Shown here: positions 1 to 9,708 of the stretch, piece by piece
Layout: every line of letters starts with the position of its first letter
Numbering within the stretch: the stretch's first letter is position 1
From: Spirochaetia bacterium
GTDB lineage: Bacteria; Spirochaetota; Spirochaetia; Treponematales; Treponemataceae
Length of the DNA stretch: 45,689 nt
NCBI GenBank assembly: GCA_900770075.1
Contig: CAAGIZ010000208.1
Location: forward strand, 1-45,689
Reading direction: 5' to 3'
Program-made: the position numbers and the translations under genes
The notes under the pieces: model-generated
Seen by the model: only the letters and a program-made list of their open reading frames with translations
Database searches by the model: none
Told to the model about the DNA's origin: nothing

Positions 1-132
1 AAATACAATCGAGAAATAAAAAATACATTTTTTGACAACTGCATAAACACAATTCACCCTATTAGAAATCTGAAACTCTTTCTGAAAGCTAAACAAGACG
101 CTGAAGTTTTTATAGAAGGACTTTCAAAATGA
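1..132 (+). CDS. 3' end of an upstream gene (partial), product unknown, probably part of the glycan locus
   Basis: Frame 1 is open from base 1 (KYNREIK...IEGLSK*). TGA at 130-132 overlaps the next ATG (ATGA). Confidence 0.6.
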   Translation, partial: KYNREIKNTFFDNCINTIHPIRNLKLFLKAKQDAEVFIEGLSK

Positions 133-1070
133 AACTTACCCCACTCATTTCAATCCTCATGCCCACATACAATCACGAAAAATACATTGCACAGGCAATA
201 AAATCTGCACTCATGCAGAAAACTGATTTTGAATGGGAGCTTTTAATTCACGATGACTGTTCGACTGATTCAACTCTGACTATAGCCCGATTATATTCTG
301 AAAAACACCAGGACAAAATAAAACTTTTGACGGAAACAAAAAATCAGGGACTTATGAAAAGTTATAAGAAACTGATAGAAGCTTCAAAAGGAAAGTATCT
401 TGCGGTTCTTGAAAGCGATGATTACTGGCTGGATGAAAACAAACTTCAAATGCAGGTTGATTTTCTGGAAAATAATCCAGATTTTGGGATTTCTGCCACT
501 GATATCATAAAGGTTGATAAAGATGGAAAAGAGATTTCTTCATCAAAAACCTTCAACAATCATATCATAAACACGGAACGCTGGTATGAAAACCTTTTGG
601 GAACAAACGGAATCCACGGAGCCTGCTCAGTTGTATTCAGAAAGTCAGATTATGAAAAATTCTGCAACATAGACGACTGGATTAAATTCGGCTTTAAAAC
701 CTTTGACCATCCGGCATGGCTTTCAATTTCATTCAATAAAAAATGCAAATTTTTGCAGAAAACTACTTCTGCATATCGGGTTTTGGAGTCTTCAATCTCA
801 AATAATGAAAATCGCAAAAAAAATATGTTTTTTAACATCTCCTGTGCAGAAATTGAAGAATACATTATTTCAAAATTCGGTTACGGTTCGCTGACCCCAA
901 AAGAATACAACCAGAGAATTTGTCTATGCCTAATGGCCAGAGCCTTAAAACTACATCAAAAAGAGGCTTTTTATAAATATGCAAGAAGATTGATTCCGCA
1001 GTCTTTTAAGCAGAAAATAATGCACTGCCTGCCTTCTTTTTATTACTGGCAGTTTATTTTCCGACATTAA
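129..1070 (+). CDS. Glycosyltransferase family 2
   Basis: ISILMPTYNHEKYI, HDDCSTD, NQG and LESDDYW (DxD-like) motifs of the GT-A/GT2 fold. Confidence 0.92.
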   Translation: MKLTPLISILMPTYNHEKYIAQAIKSALMQKTDFEWELLIHDDCSTDSTLTIARLYSEKHQDKIKLLTETKNQGLMKSYKKLIEASKGKYLAVLESDDYWLDENKLQMQVDFLENNPDFGISATDIIKVDKDGKEISSSKTFNNHIINTERWYENLLGTNGIHGACSVVFRKSDYEKFCNIDDWIKFGFKTFDHPAWLSISFNKKCKFLQKTTSAYRVLESSISNNENRKKNMFFNISCAEIEEYIISKFGYGSLTPKEYNQRICLCLMARALKLHQKEAFYKYARRLIPQSFKQKIMHCLPSFYYWQFIFRH

Positions 1071-1089
1071 AAATACTGCATTTGACCAT

Positions 1090-1130
1090 ACGGTTTACAG
1101 GCACTTTTTAGAACTGCCCCTGTAAACTGT
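1090..1130. other. Intergenic stem-loop
   Basis: ACGGTTTACAGG ... CCTGTAAACTGT imperfect inverted repeat, with no U-run on the + strand. Confidence 0.4.
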
Positions 1131-1182
1131 TGAAAAAAAAATTACATTACTTTACTGTAATATTAAAAAGAGTAACGGAAAT

Positions 1183-2640
1183 ATGGTTCAAAAATCACTA
1201 AAAAAGAATGCGGTTTATGGTTTTATAAGGGCTCTTATGAACCTTGCTTTTCCGCTCATATCTTTTCCTTATGCCTCCAGGATTCTTCTTCCTGCCGGCA
1301 TTGGAAAGGTCAATTTTGCAAATTCCGTAATTGAATATTTTACCCTTGCAGCAAGCCTCGGTATTTTCAGTTATGCAGCAAGGGAAGCTGTAAGAGTCCG
1401 GGATGACAAGCATGCACTGAACAAAATTTTCCGCGAAATTCTTACAATAAACTTGATTTCAACGGCTGTTTCCTACATTCTGCTCTTTTTTGCACTTGTC
1501 TTCGTAAGCAAATTTTCTGAATACCGTGTACTTTTAATCGTCTGTGCCTCAAAAATCCTTTTTACAACAATCGGCGTGGACTGGATTTTCAATGTACATG
1601 AAGAATACAAATATGTAACGGTTCGCTCTGTCATTTTTCAGATAATAAGCCTTGTTCTTTTGTTTGTCTTTGTAAGCACCCCTGACGATTACATATTTTA
1701 TGCCTTTATGGGAGTTTTCTCCAGTGTAGGCTCAAATATCTGCAACATTTTCTATTCCCGTAAATTCGTCAATTTCTTTGACAGGACAAAAATCGAAATA
1801 AAAAGGCACTTAAATCCTATTTTCACTTTCTTTGGAATGTCCGTTGCCTCAAAAATGCATACCGCCATCGACTCGGTTATGCTCGGTTTTATGCTGACGG
1901 ACAGCGCTGTAGGCTATTATTCTGCAGCAAACAAAATCAAGGGGCTTGTAGTCGGTCTTATAACAGCGATTCTTGCTACGCTTCTTCCCCGCTCTTCCTA
2001 CTATCTGGGACAGAACAAAAGTGATGAATATCAGAAAATTGTTTCAAAGTCCTTGAATTTTGCCCTGTTTTTTTCCTTTCCAGCTACGATTGGAATAATG
2101 CTGGTTGCAAAACCGCTCATACTTCTTTTCAGCGGGGAGGACTTTCTTGAAGCGCTCCCTTCCATGCTCATAATGTCGCCTGTAATAGTTTTCATAGCAA
2201 TCGCCTCTTTTTCTGACAATATGGTTTTAATTCCTCAGAGGCTGGAAAAAGTTTCCCTTCAATCCCAAATCATAGGATGTGCACTGAATGTAACACTGAA
2301 TCTCATTCTTATTCCTGTCTGGGGCGTTTTTGGAGCAGCCTTCTCAACCTTTGCCGTAGAAGGTGTCATCACCTTTTACAAAGTATTGTTCAGCCTTAAA
2401 TACATAAAACACTGCGGATTTTTAAAAAATCTTGCAAAAGTCTGCTTTTCAAGTCTTTTGATGACAGGTACAGTTTTGCTGATTCTACATTTTATTAAAA
2501 ACGCTTTTTTCCAGCTTGTAGCAGGAATTACGGCAGGAGCCTTTGTATACGGTCTTTCCGCACTGCTTCTCCAGGCCGACACCGCAATAATGCTTTCAGA
2601 GACAATAAAAAGCAGAATTAAAACACGGAAAAAAATATAG
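1183..2640 (+). CDS. wzx: Wzx-type polysaccharide flippase (MOP/PST family)
   Basis: SLKKNAVY...FPLISFPYASRIL...GIGKVNFA N-terminus, IDSVMLG...VGYYSAA motif, many hydrophobic helices. Confidence 0.9.
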   Translation: MVQKSLKKNAVYGFIRALMNLAFPLISFPYASRILLPAGIGKVNFANSVIEYFTLAASLGIFSYAAREAVRVRDDKHALNKIFREILTINLISTAVSYILLFFALVFVSKFSEYRVLLIVCASKILFTTIGVDWIFNVHEEYKYVTVRSVIFQIISLVLLFVFVSTPDDYIFYAFMGVFSSVGSNICNIFYSRKFVNFFDRTKIEIKRHLNPIFTFFGMSVASKMHTAIDSVMLGFMLTDSAVGYYSAANKIKGLVVGLITAILATLLPRSSYYLGQNKSDEYQKIVSKSLNFALFFSFPATIGIMLVAKPLILLFSGEDFLEALPSMLIMSPVIVFIAIASFSDNMVLIPQRLEKVSLQSQIIGCALNVTLNLILIPVWGVFGAAFSTFAVEGVITFYKVLFSLKYIKHCGFLKNLAKVCFSSLLMTGTVLLILHFIKNAFFQLVAGITAGAFVYGLSALLLQADTAIMLSETIKSRIKTRKKI

Positions 2641-2653
2641 GAATTCAAGTAGA

Positions 2654-3793
2654 ATGATTTTAATCGATACAACTTTTTTTGCCCATTCAGAAGCAAAAAA
2701 CAAAAAACTCACCTATTCAACTTCCATTTTTACGGCAGATTTGTTGGATGCCTTTTCTGAACTTGCCATGGCTGACAGGTTCTGCCTTCTTGTAAATTTC
2801 AATCACCTGGACTTTTTTAAAGAAAGATTTCCAAATTATAAAATCATAGTTGCAAAATGGTGGCCTGTTACCCTGCTGCATAAACTCACAAAAGGAAAAA
2901 AAACAGCAAACAGACTTATAAAAAGCTCCGGTGCCTTCAGAAGAATTGCCGAAAATAGCGGTGCAGATGCAATCTGGTTTCCATATGCAATGAACGAAAC
3001 TTTTGTGCGCACAAAATTAAAGACTTTTGCAACAATCCACGACATTTACAGAATTCACAACGGAACAAAAAAAGAGGCTGAAATTTTCCGCCGCTTTATA
3101 AATGATGAATCAGTTCCCCTTATTTCAATCAGCAATTACACCAAAAATGACATCGTAAAAACAACAAGCTGCAAAAAAAATATTCCTGTAATTCCAAACT
3201 CAATTGTTTTTGATGTTTCAAAACAGCAGAAAATTCCGGAACTTACTTCAAAAAAATACATTCTCGACCTGAACGCATACGTTTTAAAGAAAAATCCCAT
3301 GACGCTTTTAAAAGCCTTTGCGCTCATAAAGGACAAAACCGACCTTGATCTTGTGTTCTGCGGCGGCTACAAGGAAGAATTGCTCTGGAACGAAATGCAG
3401 CAGTTCATAAAAGACAACAGACTTTCAAATCGGGTAAAAATGCTTTTCAGGGTAACGGACGAAGAGCGCAACTGGCTTTTATCAAATGCAGCCCTTTTTG
3501 TAACTCCGTCACTTTTTGAAGGATTCGGGCGCACTCCTGTAGAGGCTGCAATATGCGGAATTCCAGTCATTTCCACAAAGGAAACTTCACTTTACGAAGC
3601 GACACAGGGACTTTGCATCTATGTGGAAAACCCGACGGACGAAAAAGAACTGGCAGATAAAATCCTTGGATTGACAGAAAATTATCCTTCAGAAAAAACG
3701 CTTTCCGAAATTGCCCAGAAACTTGAAGAACGCTATAAAAAAGAAAACTGCGCAAAGTTGTATTTAAGGCTTTTTTGTGATATAATCCGATAA
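2654..3793 (+). CDS. Glycosyltransferase family 4 (GT-B)
   Basis: TIHD, SNYTK, KKN and FVTPSLFEGFGRTPVEA (EX7E) motifs. Confidence 0.9.
   Translation: MILIDTTFFAHSEAKNKKLTYSTSIFTADLLDAFSELAMADRFCLLVNFNHLDFFKERFPNYKIIVAKWWPVTLLHKLTKGKKTANRLIKSSGAFRRIAENSGADAIWFPYAMNETFVRTKLKTFATIHDIYRIHNGTKKEAEIFRRFINDESVPLISISNYTKNDIVKTTSCKKNIPVIPNSIVFDVSKQQKIPELTSKKYILDLNAYVLKKNPMTLLKAFALIKDKTDLDLVFCGGYKEELLWNEMQQFIKDNRLSNRVKMLFRVTDEERNWLLSNAALFVTPSLFEGFGRTPVEAAICGIPVISTKETSLYEATQGLCIYVENPTDEKELADKILGLTENYPSEKTLSEIAQKLEERYKKENCAKLYLRLFCDIIR
3758..3786 (+). promoter_or_regulatory. Sigma-70 promoter for the adenylation/decarboxylase/carrier operon, lying inside the 3' end of GT4
   Basis: TTGTAT (3758-3763), 17-nt spacer, TATAAT (3781-3786), with extended -10 TGn. 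Confidence 0.6.
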
Positions 3794-3849
3794 ATTGTCT
3801 TATTTTGACATTTTATCATTATTTACAAAAAATTTATATGAGTGAGTTT

Positions 3850-5346
3850 ATGAAATACACAGTACTCGATTATCTTGAAGAAACTGCAGGGAAATTTCCA
3901 CAGAAAAATGCTTTTGCTGATGTTCAGTCGTCCGTAAACTGGAGTGATTTTGTTAAACGCTCAAAGGAACTTTCGGCAATCATTTCAAAATACTTTGAAC
4001 CGGGTAATGCCGTTCCCGTAATGATAGACAAAAGCGTGCGCACTCTGGAATATTTTTTTGCAGCCCTCTATTCAGGCTGTTTCTATTCCTATTTTGATGC
4101 AACTTTCCCGGACAGCCGCCTGAATTCCATGATTGAAACCCTGGGCGTAAAATACATAATCTGCGACCGCCGCTTTGAAAAAAAAGTTTCCGCACTCAAT
4201 GTAACGCCAATTTTTGCCGACGAACTTGAAAAACTTGCAGGAACGGAAGAATATTCGGACACAAGGCGCAAAAAGATTATTGACACCGATCCTGTCTATG
4301 CAAACTTTACCTCTGGCTCCACAGGAACTCCAAAGGCTGTTGTCGTAGCTCATCGTTCGGTAATTGATTTCATCACCTGCTTTACGGAAATTTTCGGCAT
4401 AACTTCAGAAGACAGCATTGCAAATCAGGCTCCCTTTGATTTTGACGTGTCCGTAAAGGATATTTTTTCCGGAGTGTTCACCGGTGCGACCGTTCATCTT
4501 GTTCCAAAAATGTTCTTCAGTTTTCCGACAAAACTTCTTGACTATCTTGAAGAGCGGGAAATCACCACAATCATCTGGGCTGTAAGCGCAATGTGCATTC
4601 TTTCAACTTTAAACGGCTTTGACTATAAGGTGCCTTCAAAACTGAATAAAATCATGTTCAGCGGAGAAGTCATGCCCTGCAAGCAGCTTGAAATATGGCG
4701 GAAATTTATTCCAAATGCAAAATATGTAAACCTTTACGGTCCTACAGAAATTACATGCAACTGTTCTTATTACATAATTCCGGACGGCACTTTACCTGAG
4801 TCAATTCCCATTGGAATTCCTTTCCCGAACGAGCGCATCATTCTTCTTGACGAAGACAATCATCCTGTTACAGAAAAAAATATTGAAGGCGAACTTTGCG
4901 TAAGCGGAACATGCGTTGCAATAGGCTATTACAATTCCCCGAAAACTGCCGAAGTGTTCGTTCAAAATCCTTCACAGCCTTGCAGATACGAACGCATTTA
5001 CAGAACCGGAGACCTTGCAAAATACGGCGATGACGGACTTTTATATTACGTCGGACGGAAAGACACCCAGATAAAGCACATGGGGCACAGAATTGAACTT
5101 GGAGAAATTGAGGGAGCTGTTTCAAAGCACGAACAAATCACAAGATGCTGCTGCGTATTCAGCGAAAACAAAATCACGGCTTTCTACACGGGAAGCGAAA
5201 CCGACAAAAAAGAAATCGTTTCCATGCTCCGCATAACGCTTCCTTCTTATATGATACCAAGCGACTTTGTTTTTATAAAAGAATTTCCGCTTACCAAAAA
5301 CGGAAAAATCGACAAAAAATCCCTTATGGAGTCCGTGAATGTTTGA
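3850..5346 (+). CDS. Stand-alone amino-acid adenylation enzyme (DltA-like)
   Basis: A-domain cores FTSGSTGTPK, FDFDVSV, NLYGPTE, YRTGDL, GRKDTQIKHMGHRIELGEIE, LPSYMIP, NGKIDK. Start placed at ATG 3850 (alternative 3838) rather than TTG 3805. Confidence 0.88.
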   Translation: MKYTVLDYLEETAGKFPQKNAFADVQSSVNWSDFVKRSKELSAIISKYFEPGNAVPVMIDKSVRTLEYFFAALYSGCFYSYFDATFPDSRLNSMIETLGVKYIICDRRFEKKVSALNVTPIFADELEKLAGTEEYSDTRRKKIIDTDPVYANFTSGSTGTPKAVVVAHRSVIDFITCFTEIFGITSEDSIANQAPFDFDVSVKDIFSGVFTGATVHLVPKMFFSFPTKLLDYLEEREITTIIWAVSAMCILSTLNGFDYKVPSKLNKIMFSGEVMPCKQLEIWRKFIPNAKYVNLYGPTEITCNCSYYIIPDGTLPESIPIGIPFPNERIILLDEDNHPVTEKNIEGELCVSGTCVAIGYYNSPKTAEVFVQNPSQPCRYERIYRTGDLAKYGDDGLLYYVGRKDTQIKHMGHRIELGEIEGAVSKHEQITRCCCVFSENKITAFYTGSETDKKEIVSMLRITLPSYMIPSDFVFIKEFPLTKNGKIDKKSLMESVNV

Positions 5347-6505
5347 CCTTGCACAAAAATTCGGTTCACCCCTTTACATTTTTGATTCACAGAAAGCAAA
5401 GGACAGGATAAATGCCATAAAAGGTCGCCTTCCAAAAAACGCAAGGCTCTGCTATGCAATCAAGGCAAATGCCTTTTTAGTTGATTCCTTAAAATACGAA
5501 GATTTGCTTTTTGAAGTTTGTTCACCGGGGGAACTTTCCATCTGCGAAGAAAAAAAACTTCCGCCTGAAAAAATCGTCTTCAGCGGCGTGATGAAAACTC
5601 AGGAAGACGTAAGCCGCGCATACAAGCTCAACGTAAACACCATAACGCTGGAATCCGTTACCCACTGTAAATACCTGGTCAATGCAGTCGGTCAGGAAAA
5701 AGAACACGCACAGGATGTTATAATCCGGCTGACAGGTAACAATCAGTTTGGAATGTTGGAAAAAGACGTAAAAAAGTGCATTGAACTTTTAAAGCCCTAC
5801 AAAAACATTCATATCCGGGGAATTCACTTCTTTACGGGAACTCAGAAAAAACTCAAAAAAATTGCAGAAGAAATTTCATTTATTGAAGACTTCTGCACAA
5901 AACTTCAAAAGGAAACCGGCATCACTTTTAAAAGCATTGAATACGGTCCCGGCTTAAGCTACGAATATTTTTCAAATCAGGAGCAAAGCGATAATTTTTG
6001 TGAACTTGAAGAATTTTCAAAACTCATAGCAAATTCAAATTATGACTATGTAATAGAACTCGGCCGCTATATTGCTTCCCCATGCGGAAAATACATTACG
6101 AAAATAATGGACATAAAGGGCGACGAAAAAAGCCGCTACATAATAATCGACGGCGGAATAAAACACATAAACTATTACGGCCAGATGATGGGAATGAAAA
6201 CTCCTAAGGTTCAGCACATAAAAAGCGGACTTAATGCAGAAAACTCAGGCGAAGAAAATACAGGCACAGCCGATTACACAATTGCTGGTTCCCTTTGCAC
6301 GACGGCAGACATCGTATTGCGCAAACTTACGCTGACTTCTCCCCGCATCGGCGACCTTCTTGTTTTTTCCGACATAGGAGCCTATTCCGTTACGGAAGGA
6401 ATCTACCTGTTTTTAAGCCACCCTCTTCCTGCAGTCGTGATGTTTGACGGCAAAAATTATTTAACCTTGAGAAAACCTCAGGAAACATATATAATTAACT
6501 CATAA
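5339..6505 (+). CDS. Fold-type III PLP-dependent decarboxylase (LysA family, BtrK/VinO-like)
   Basis: YAIKAN (PLP Lys), SPGEL, ELGRY, GSLCTTAD, GAYS. Overlaps the preceding gene by 8 nt. Confidence 0.85.
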   Translation: MFDLAQKFGSPLYIFDSQKAKDRINAIKGRLPKNARLCYAIKANAFLVDSLKYEDLLFEVCSPGELSICEEKKLPPEKIVFSGVMKTQEDVSRAYKLNVNTITLESVTHCKYLVNAVGQEKEHAQDVIIRLTGNNQFGMLEKDVKKCIELLKPYKNIHIRGIHFFTGTQKKLKKIAEEISFIEDFCTKLQKETGITFKSIEYGPGLSYEYFSNQEQSDNFCELEEFSKLIANSNYDYVIELGRYIASPCGKYITKIMDIKGDEKSRYIIIDGGIKHINYYGQMMGMKTPKVQHIKSGLNAENSGEENTGTADYTIAGSLCTTADIVLRKLTLTSPRIGDLLVFSDIGAYSVTEGIYLFLSHPLPAVVMFDGKNYLTLRKPQETYIINS

Positions 6506-6525
6506 ATTGACAAAAAGGAAAGAAA

Positions 6526-6747
6526 ATGGACGAACTTTTAGACATTCTTAAAGAACTTAAACCGGATGTAGATTTTGAAACAGAAAAATCGCTGATCGAC
6601 AATGCAATCCTCGACTCATTTGACATTGTCCAACTTGTAACGCAGCTGAAAGATGCCTTTGACATCGACATAACACCGGCTGACCTTATTCCGGAAAATT
6701 TCAATTCCGCAGAAGCTCTTTGGGCGATGATTCAGAAGCTTCAGTAA
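6526..6747 (+). CDS. Acyl/aminoacyl carrier protein (DltC-like)
   Basis: 73 aa, acidic; ILDSFDIV phosphopantetheine Ser motif; PENFNS C-terminal motif; AGGA SD. Confidence 0.9.
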   Translation: MDELLDILKELKPDVDFETEKSLIDNAILDSFDIVQLVTQLKDAFDIDITPADLIPENFNSAEALWAMIQKLQ

Positions 6748-6772
6748 ATGCAGGTGCAATGATTTTTAACAA

Positions 6773-6815
6773 AAAAAAACTGATTTACGAGTCCGGCTCA
6801 CAAATCAGTTTTTTT
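6773..6815. terminator. Bidirectional intrinsic terminator between convergent carrier-protein and MBOAT genes
   Basis: AAAAAAACTGATTT ... AAATCAGTTTTTTT inverted repeat with A and T tails. Confidence 0.8.
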
Positions 6816-6831
6816 ATTTTACAATTCTTGG

Positions 6832-8385
6832 CTAATACTGCGCATACATAAAGCCTGCATCGCCAGAACTGAAAGTAAAAGAAAGGATTATAATAATCAG
6901 AAGCACATAGTATGCTCCCCATCTGAAAGCTATGTTCTTTTTTTGAATTGCTGCATATACATCTATTTTATTCTCTCTTAAGAGGCTTACGACAAAAATT
7001 ATAAAAGTACCAATAAAAACCAAAATTATATGAGATTCAAAATTTGATATCGGTCCCAAAAAAAGTTTAAGATATTCTTTTGAAGCAAGCAGTAGAGGAT
7101 TTCCAAAATTAACAAAGGTATCTTTCAGATAGATAAAACTTTGCCTGACATCTGCAATCCTGTCAAAATACCAGCCGATATTTACAAGAATAAAAGTTCT
7201 GACAATCCTGAAAATGTGAAACCATTTAGCATTTTCGTTTATATGCAAAAATCCGTTTAATTTTTTGAAAGCAGGTTTTAAAATATCACTCAAAGCGATT
7301 AACAAACCGTTGTAAAGTCCCCAGACAAAAAAATGAAGTTCCGGACCATGCCATACACCAACAAGCATAAAAACAACTATATTTGCAATACAGGCAGGTA
7401 AAACCCGTCCAAAATGCTTTCCGAAGTGATTTGTACACCATTTTCCAAGCTTAGTCATTCCTTCAGTCAAAGCAAGAGGATAAAAGACATAATCACGCAT
7501 CCACTGTCCGAGGCTTATATGCCACCTCTGCCAGAAATTAGCTATGCTTACAGAAAAATACGGCTGCTTGAAATTCGGCTGCATTTTTATGCCAAAAAGT
7601 TCTGCAACTCCAAGGAACATATCTATTCCGCCGGAAAAATCTGCATACTGATAAAGTGAATACATCAAAATAGCAAAAAGAATTACACACCCCGGAATCC
7701 CCTCATAGTTCTTGTCTAAAATTGATGAAATTCTGGTAACAAGAAGGTTTGCCACGACATATTTTTTCATTGCCCCAAAAAGAATGAGCATTACTCCGTG
7801 CTTTATGTTTTCAAAATCAAATTCATGCTCTTCTTTCAGTTGTTTTCCTTGAATTCCATAACGGTTAATAGGTCCCATTATAAGCTGCGGGAAAAACGAA
7901 ATGAAAAGGAAAAACCTCGCAAAATTTGTTTCCCTTTCAATCTTGGAATTATATACATCCATGAAATAACCGATTGCCTGAAGCGTATAATAAGAAATTC
8001 CAAGAGGTAAAAGAAGGGTTTTTGAACCTATTAACACCCTCCAATATTTTAGATAGAAAAGAATTCCAATATTAAGAAAAAGCATTCCGACAAGAACAAG
8101 CCTCTTTTTGTTTTGGGTCTGCTTTTTCATGTTTTTAAATGTTTCTTTATCGACCAAAGCCTTTTTTTGCACCAAATTTTCGTTAAAATGAGAAACTGCA
8201 CTTGCTGCAATAAAAGTCACTAAAGAGGATCCCGTTATAAACAGAAAATTACCGATTCCGCTGAAGGCATAAAAAACTGCACTGGAACAAAGAAGACATA
8301 TCCATTGAATTTTTTTTGGACACAGATAATAAACAAATAGACTCAGTAGAATAAAAATAGCAAATGTATTAGAAAGTAATGACAT
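6832..8385 (-). CDS. MBOAT family O-acyltransferase (AlgI/DltB-like)
   Basis: LPLGISYYT, FFPQLIMGPI, YADFSG, NFKQPY, FWQRWHISL, catalytic GVWHG; C-terminal FMYAQY. Confidence 0.92.
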   Translation of the reverse strand: MSLLSNTFAIFILLSLFVYYLCPKKIQWICLLCSSAVFYAFSGIGNFLFITGSSLVTFIAASAVSHFNENLVQKKALVDKETFKNMKKQTQNKKRLVLVGMLFLNIGILFYLKYWRVLIGSKTLLLPLGISYYTLQAIGYFMDVYNSKIERETNFARFFLFISFFPQLIMGPINRYGIQGKQLKEEHEFDFENIKHGVMLILFGAMKKYVVANLLVTRISSILDKNYEGIPGCVILFAILMYSLYQYADFSGGIDMFLGVAELFGIKMQPNFKQPYFSVSIANFWQRWHISLGQWMRDYVFYPLALTEGMTKLGKWCTNHFGKHFGRVLPACIANIVVFMLVGVWHGPELHFFVWGLYNGLLIALSDILKPAFKKLNGFLHINENAKWFHIFRIVRTFILVNIGWYFDRIADVRQSFIYLKDTFVNFGNPLLLASKEYLKLFLGPISNFESHIILVFIGTFIIFVVSLLRENKIDVYAAIQKKNIAFRWGAYYVLLIIIILSFTFSSGDAGFMYAQY

Positions 8386-8394
8386 TTTAAATCC

Positions 8395-9708
8395 TTATAA
8401 TGCAACAAAATGCTGCGAAGCTTCGTTAGTTCTGACCCCATTAAGACTGGCAGTCACCTTTATCTTTCCGCTCTTACCTTTAGGAAGTTCTATAAAAGTA
8501 TCAGTCGTCTGTGTTTTCAAGATCTCTTCCTTTCCGTCATAAAAAACTGATACATCATAACGAATGCTTTCCATATCAACGGCAGGATTCACCATTGGCG
8601 TAATTGTTACCGCTTTTTTGTTCTCTGTAGGTTTTATTACAAGTCCAAAAATTCTGGCTTCCTGTGTTTTGATTTTTTCTGCATAGGAGTCATGAAACAT
8701 TTCCTCTTTGGGAACATTGCCGGTAAAATACTCGCACATGACCTTTGTATATTTATAGACTCCCTGAGCACTTAAATGATTGTCATCATGAAAATCCTCG
8801 TCTAAAAGCCTCAGGTATTTTTCTTTTGCAAGATTAAAGTCGTAGTATTCAAAACCCCGGTCATTACAGAATTTTTTTACAAAACTGTAATACTCATCAT
8901 AGTTTCCTTTTTCTGCAAGATAAAAATCTGAACATGGCATGGAATACATTGTAAGTTCAATGCCGTGTTCTTTGCAAAGTGCAATTATTCTGTCAATATC
9001 ATCCTTCCATTCATCACTTATCTTCCCTATCTGAATAGGACCTTCATCATAATAATTTGAAAAAGTACCGTTTTTTACAGGTCTTTTATCAAGAAGACAG
9101 CCTTTTCCGTCATAATCAGCATCTTTGTCTTTGTAAACGTAATTGAAATAATCACCGTTAAAGAAAGATTTGTACCTTGCTGCAAGATCTTTTGGATTGA
9201 GGCTCATGTGCTTGTCTTTTCCAATCGGAAGAAGTGAATTGATGTAATACTTAGGAGTAGACATTGTGCGGTAATAGTCAAATTTTATCTTCGGATCCCG
9301 AATATAATGGGCAATTGAGTATTCAGATTTAAAACCTTTTTTTTCTTTTACCGGCTGGTAAGTTGCAACAGCAAAATCGAGTTCAAGAAAAACCCTTTCA
9401 ATTTTGTGGAGTTTTACCGCCTGTCTTAAAACTGCATAAGTTCCGCCTATATGCTGTCCTGCAGAACCTGTGGAAAAATTATTCTTTTTCCATATTTCGT
9501 CTGCAACCTTTGGAGTAATTCCATGGCTTACGTGAGATGCACCGCAATAAAGAATTTCAACATTATCCTGCTCAAACAGTTCGTTCATCCAAATTCTTGT
9601 GTAAGCACTGGTTTCATCCCTGATTAAAAAAGCAAGGACTGTAGTGATTATAAAAAAGACAGCAATAAACAATGCTATCTTAACCGGTATTCTGACTTTG
9701 TCAGACAT
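8395..9708 (-). CDS. Membrane-anchored SGNH-fold protein (DltD/AlgJ-like partner of the MBOAT)
   Basis: N-terminal hydrophobic anchor, block I CGASH (GxS), block V FHDDNHLS (DxxH); directly upstream of the MBOAT. Confidence 0.7.
   Translation of the reverse strand: MSDKVRIPVKIALFIAVFFIITTVLAFLIRDETSAYTRIWMNELFEQDNVEILYCGASHVSHGITPKVADEIWKKNNFSTGSAGQHIGGTYAVLRQAVKLHKIERVFLELDFAVATYQPVKEKKGFKSEYSIAHYIRDPKIKFDYYRTMSTPKYYINSLLPIGKDKHMSLNPKDLAARYKSFFNGDYFNYVYKDKDADYDGKGCLLDKRPVKNGTFSNYYDEGPIQIGKISDEWKDDIDRIIALCKEHGIELTMYSMPCSDFYLAEKGNYDEYYSFVKKFCNDRGFEYYDFNLAKEKYLRLLDEDFHDDNHLSAQGVYKYTKVMCEYFTGNVPKEEMFHDSYAEKIKTQEARIFGLVIKPTENKKAVTITPMVNPAVDMESIRYDVSVFYDGKEEILKTQTTDTFIELPKGKSGKIKVTASLNGVRTNEASQHFVAL

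Noticed and set aside
3850..6747. NRPS / secondary-metabolite cluster
   Set aside because: No condensation or thioesterase domain; the context (MBOAT, SGNH, Wzx, GTs) points to envelope modification.
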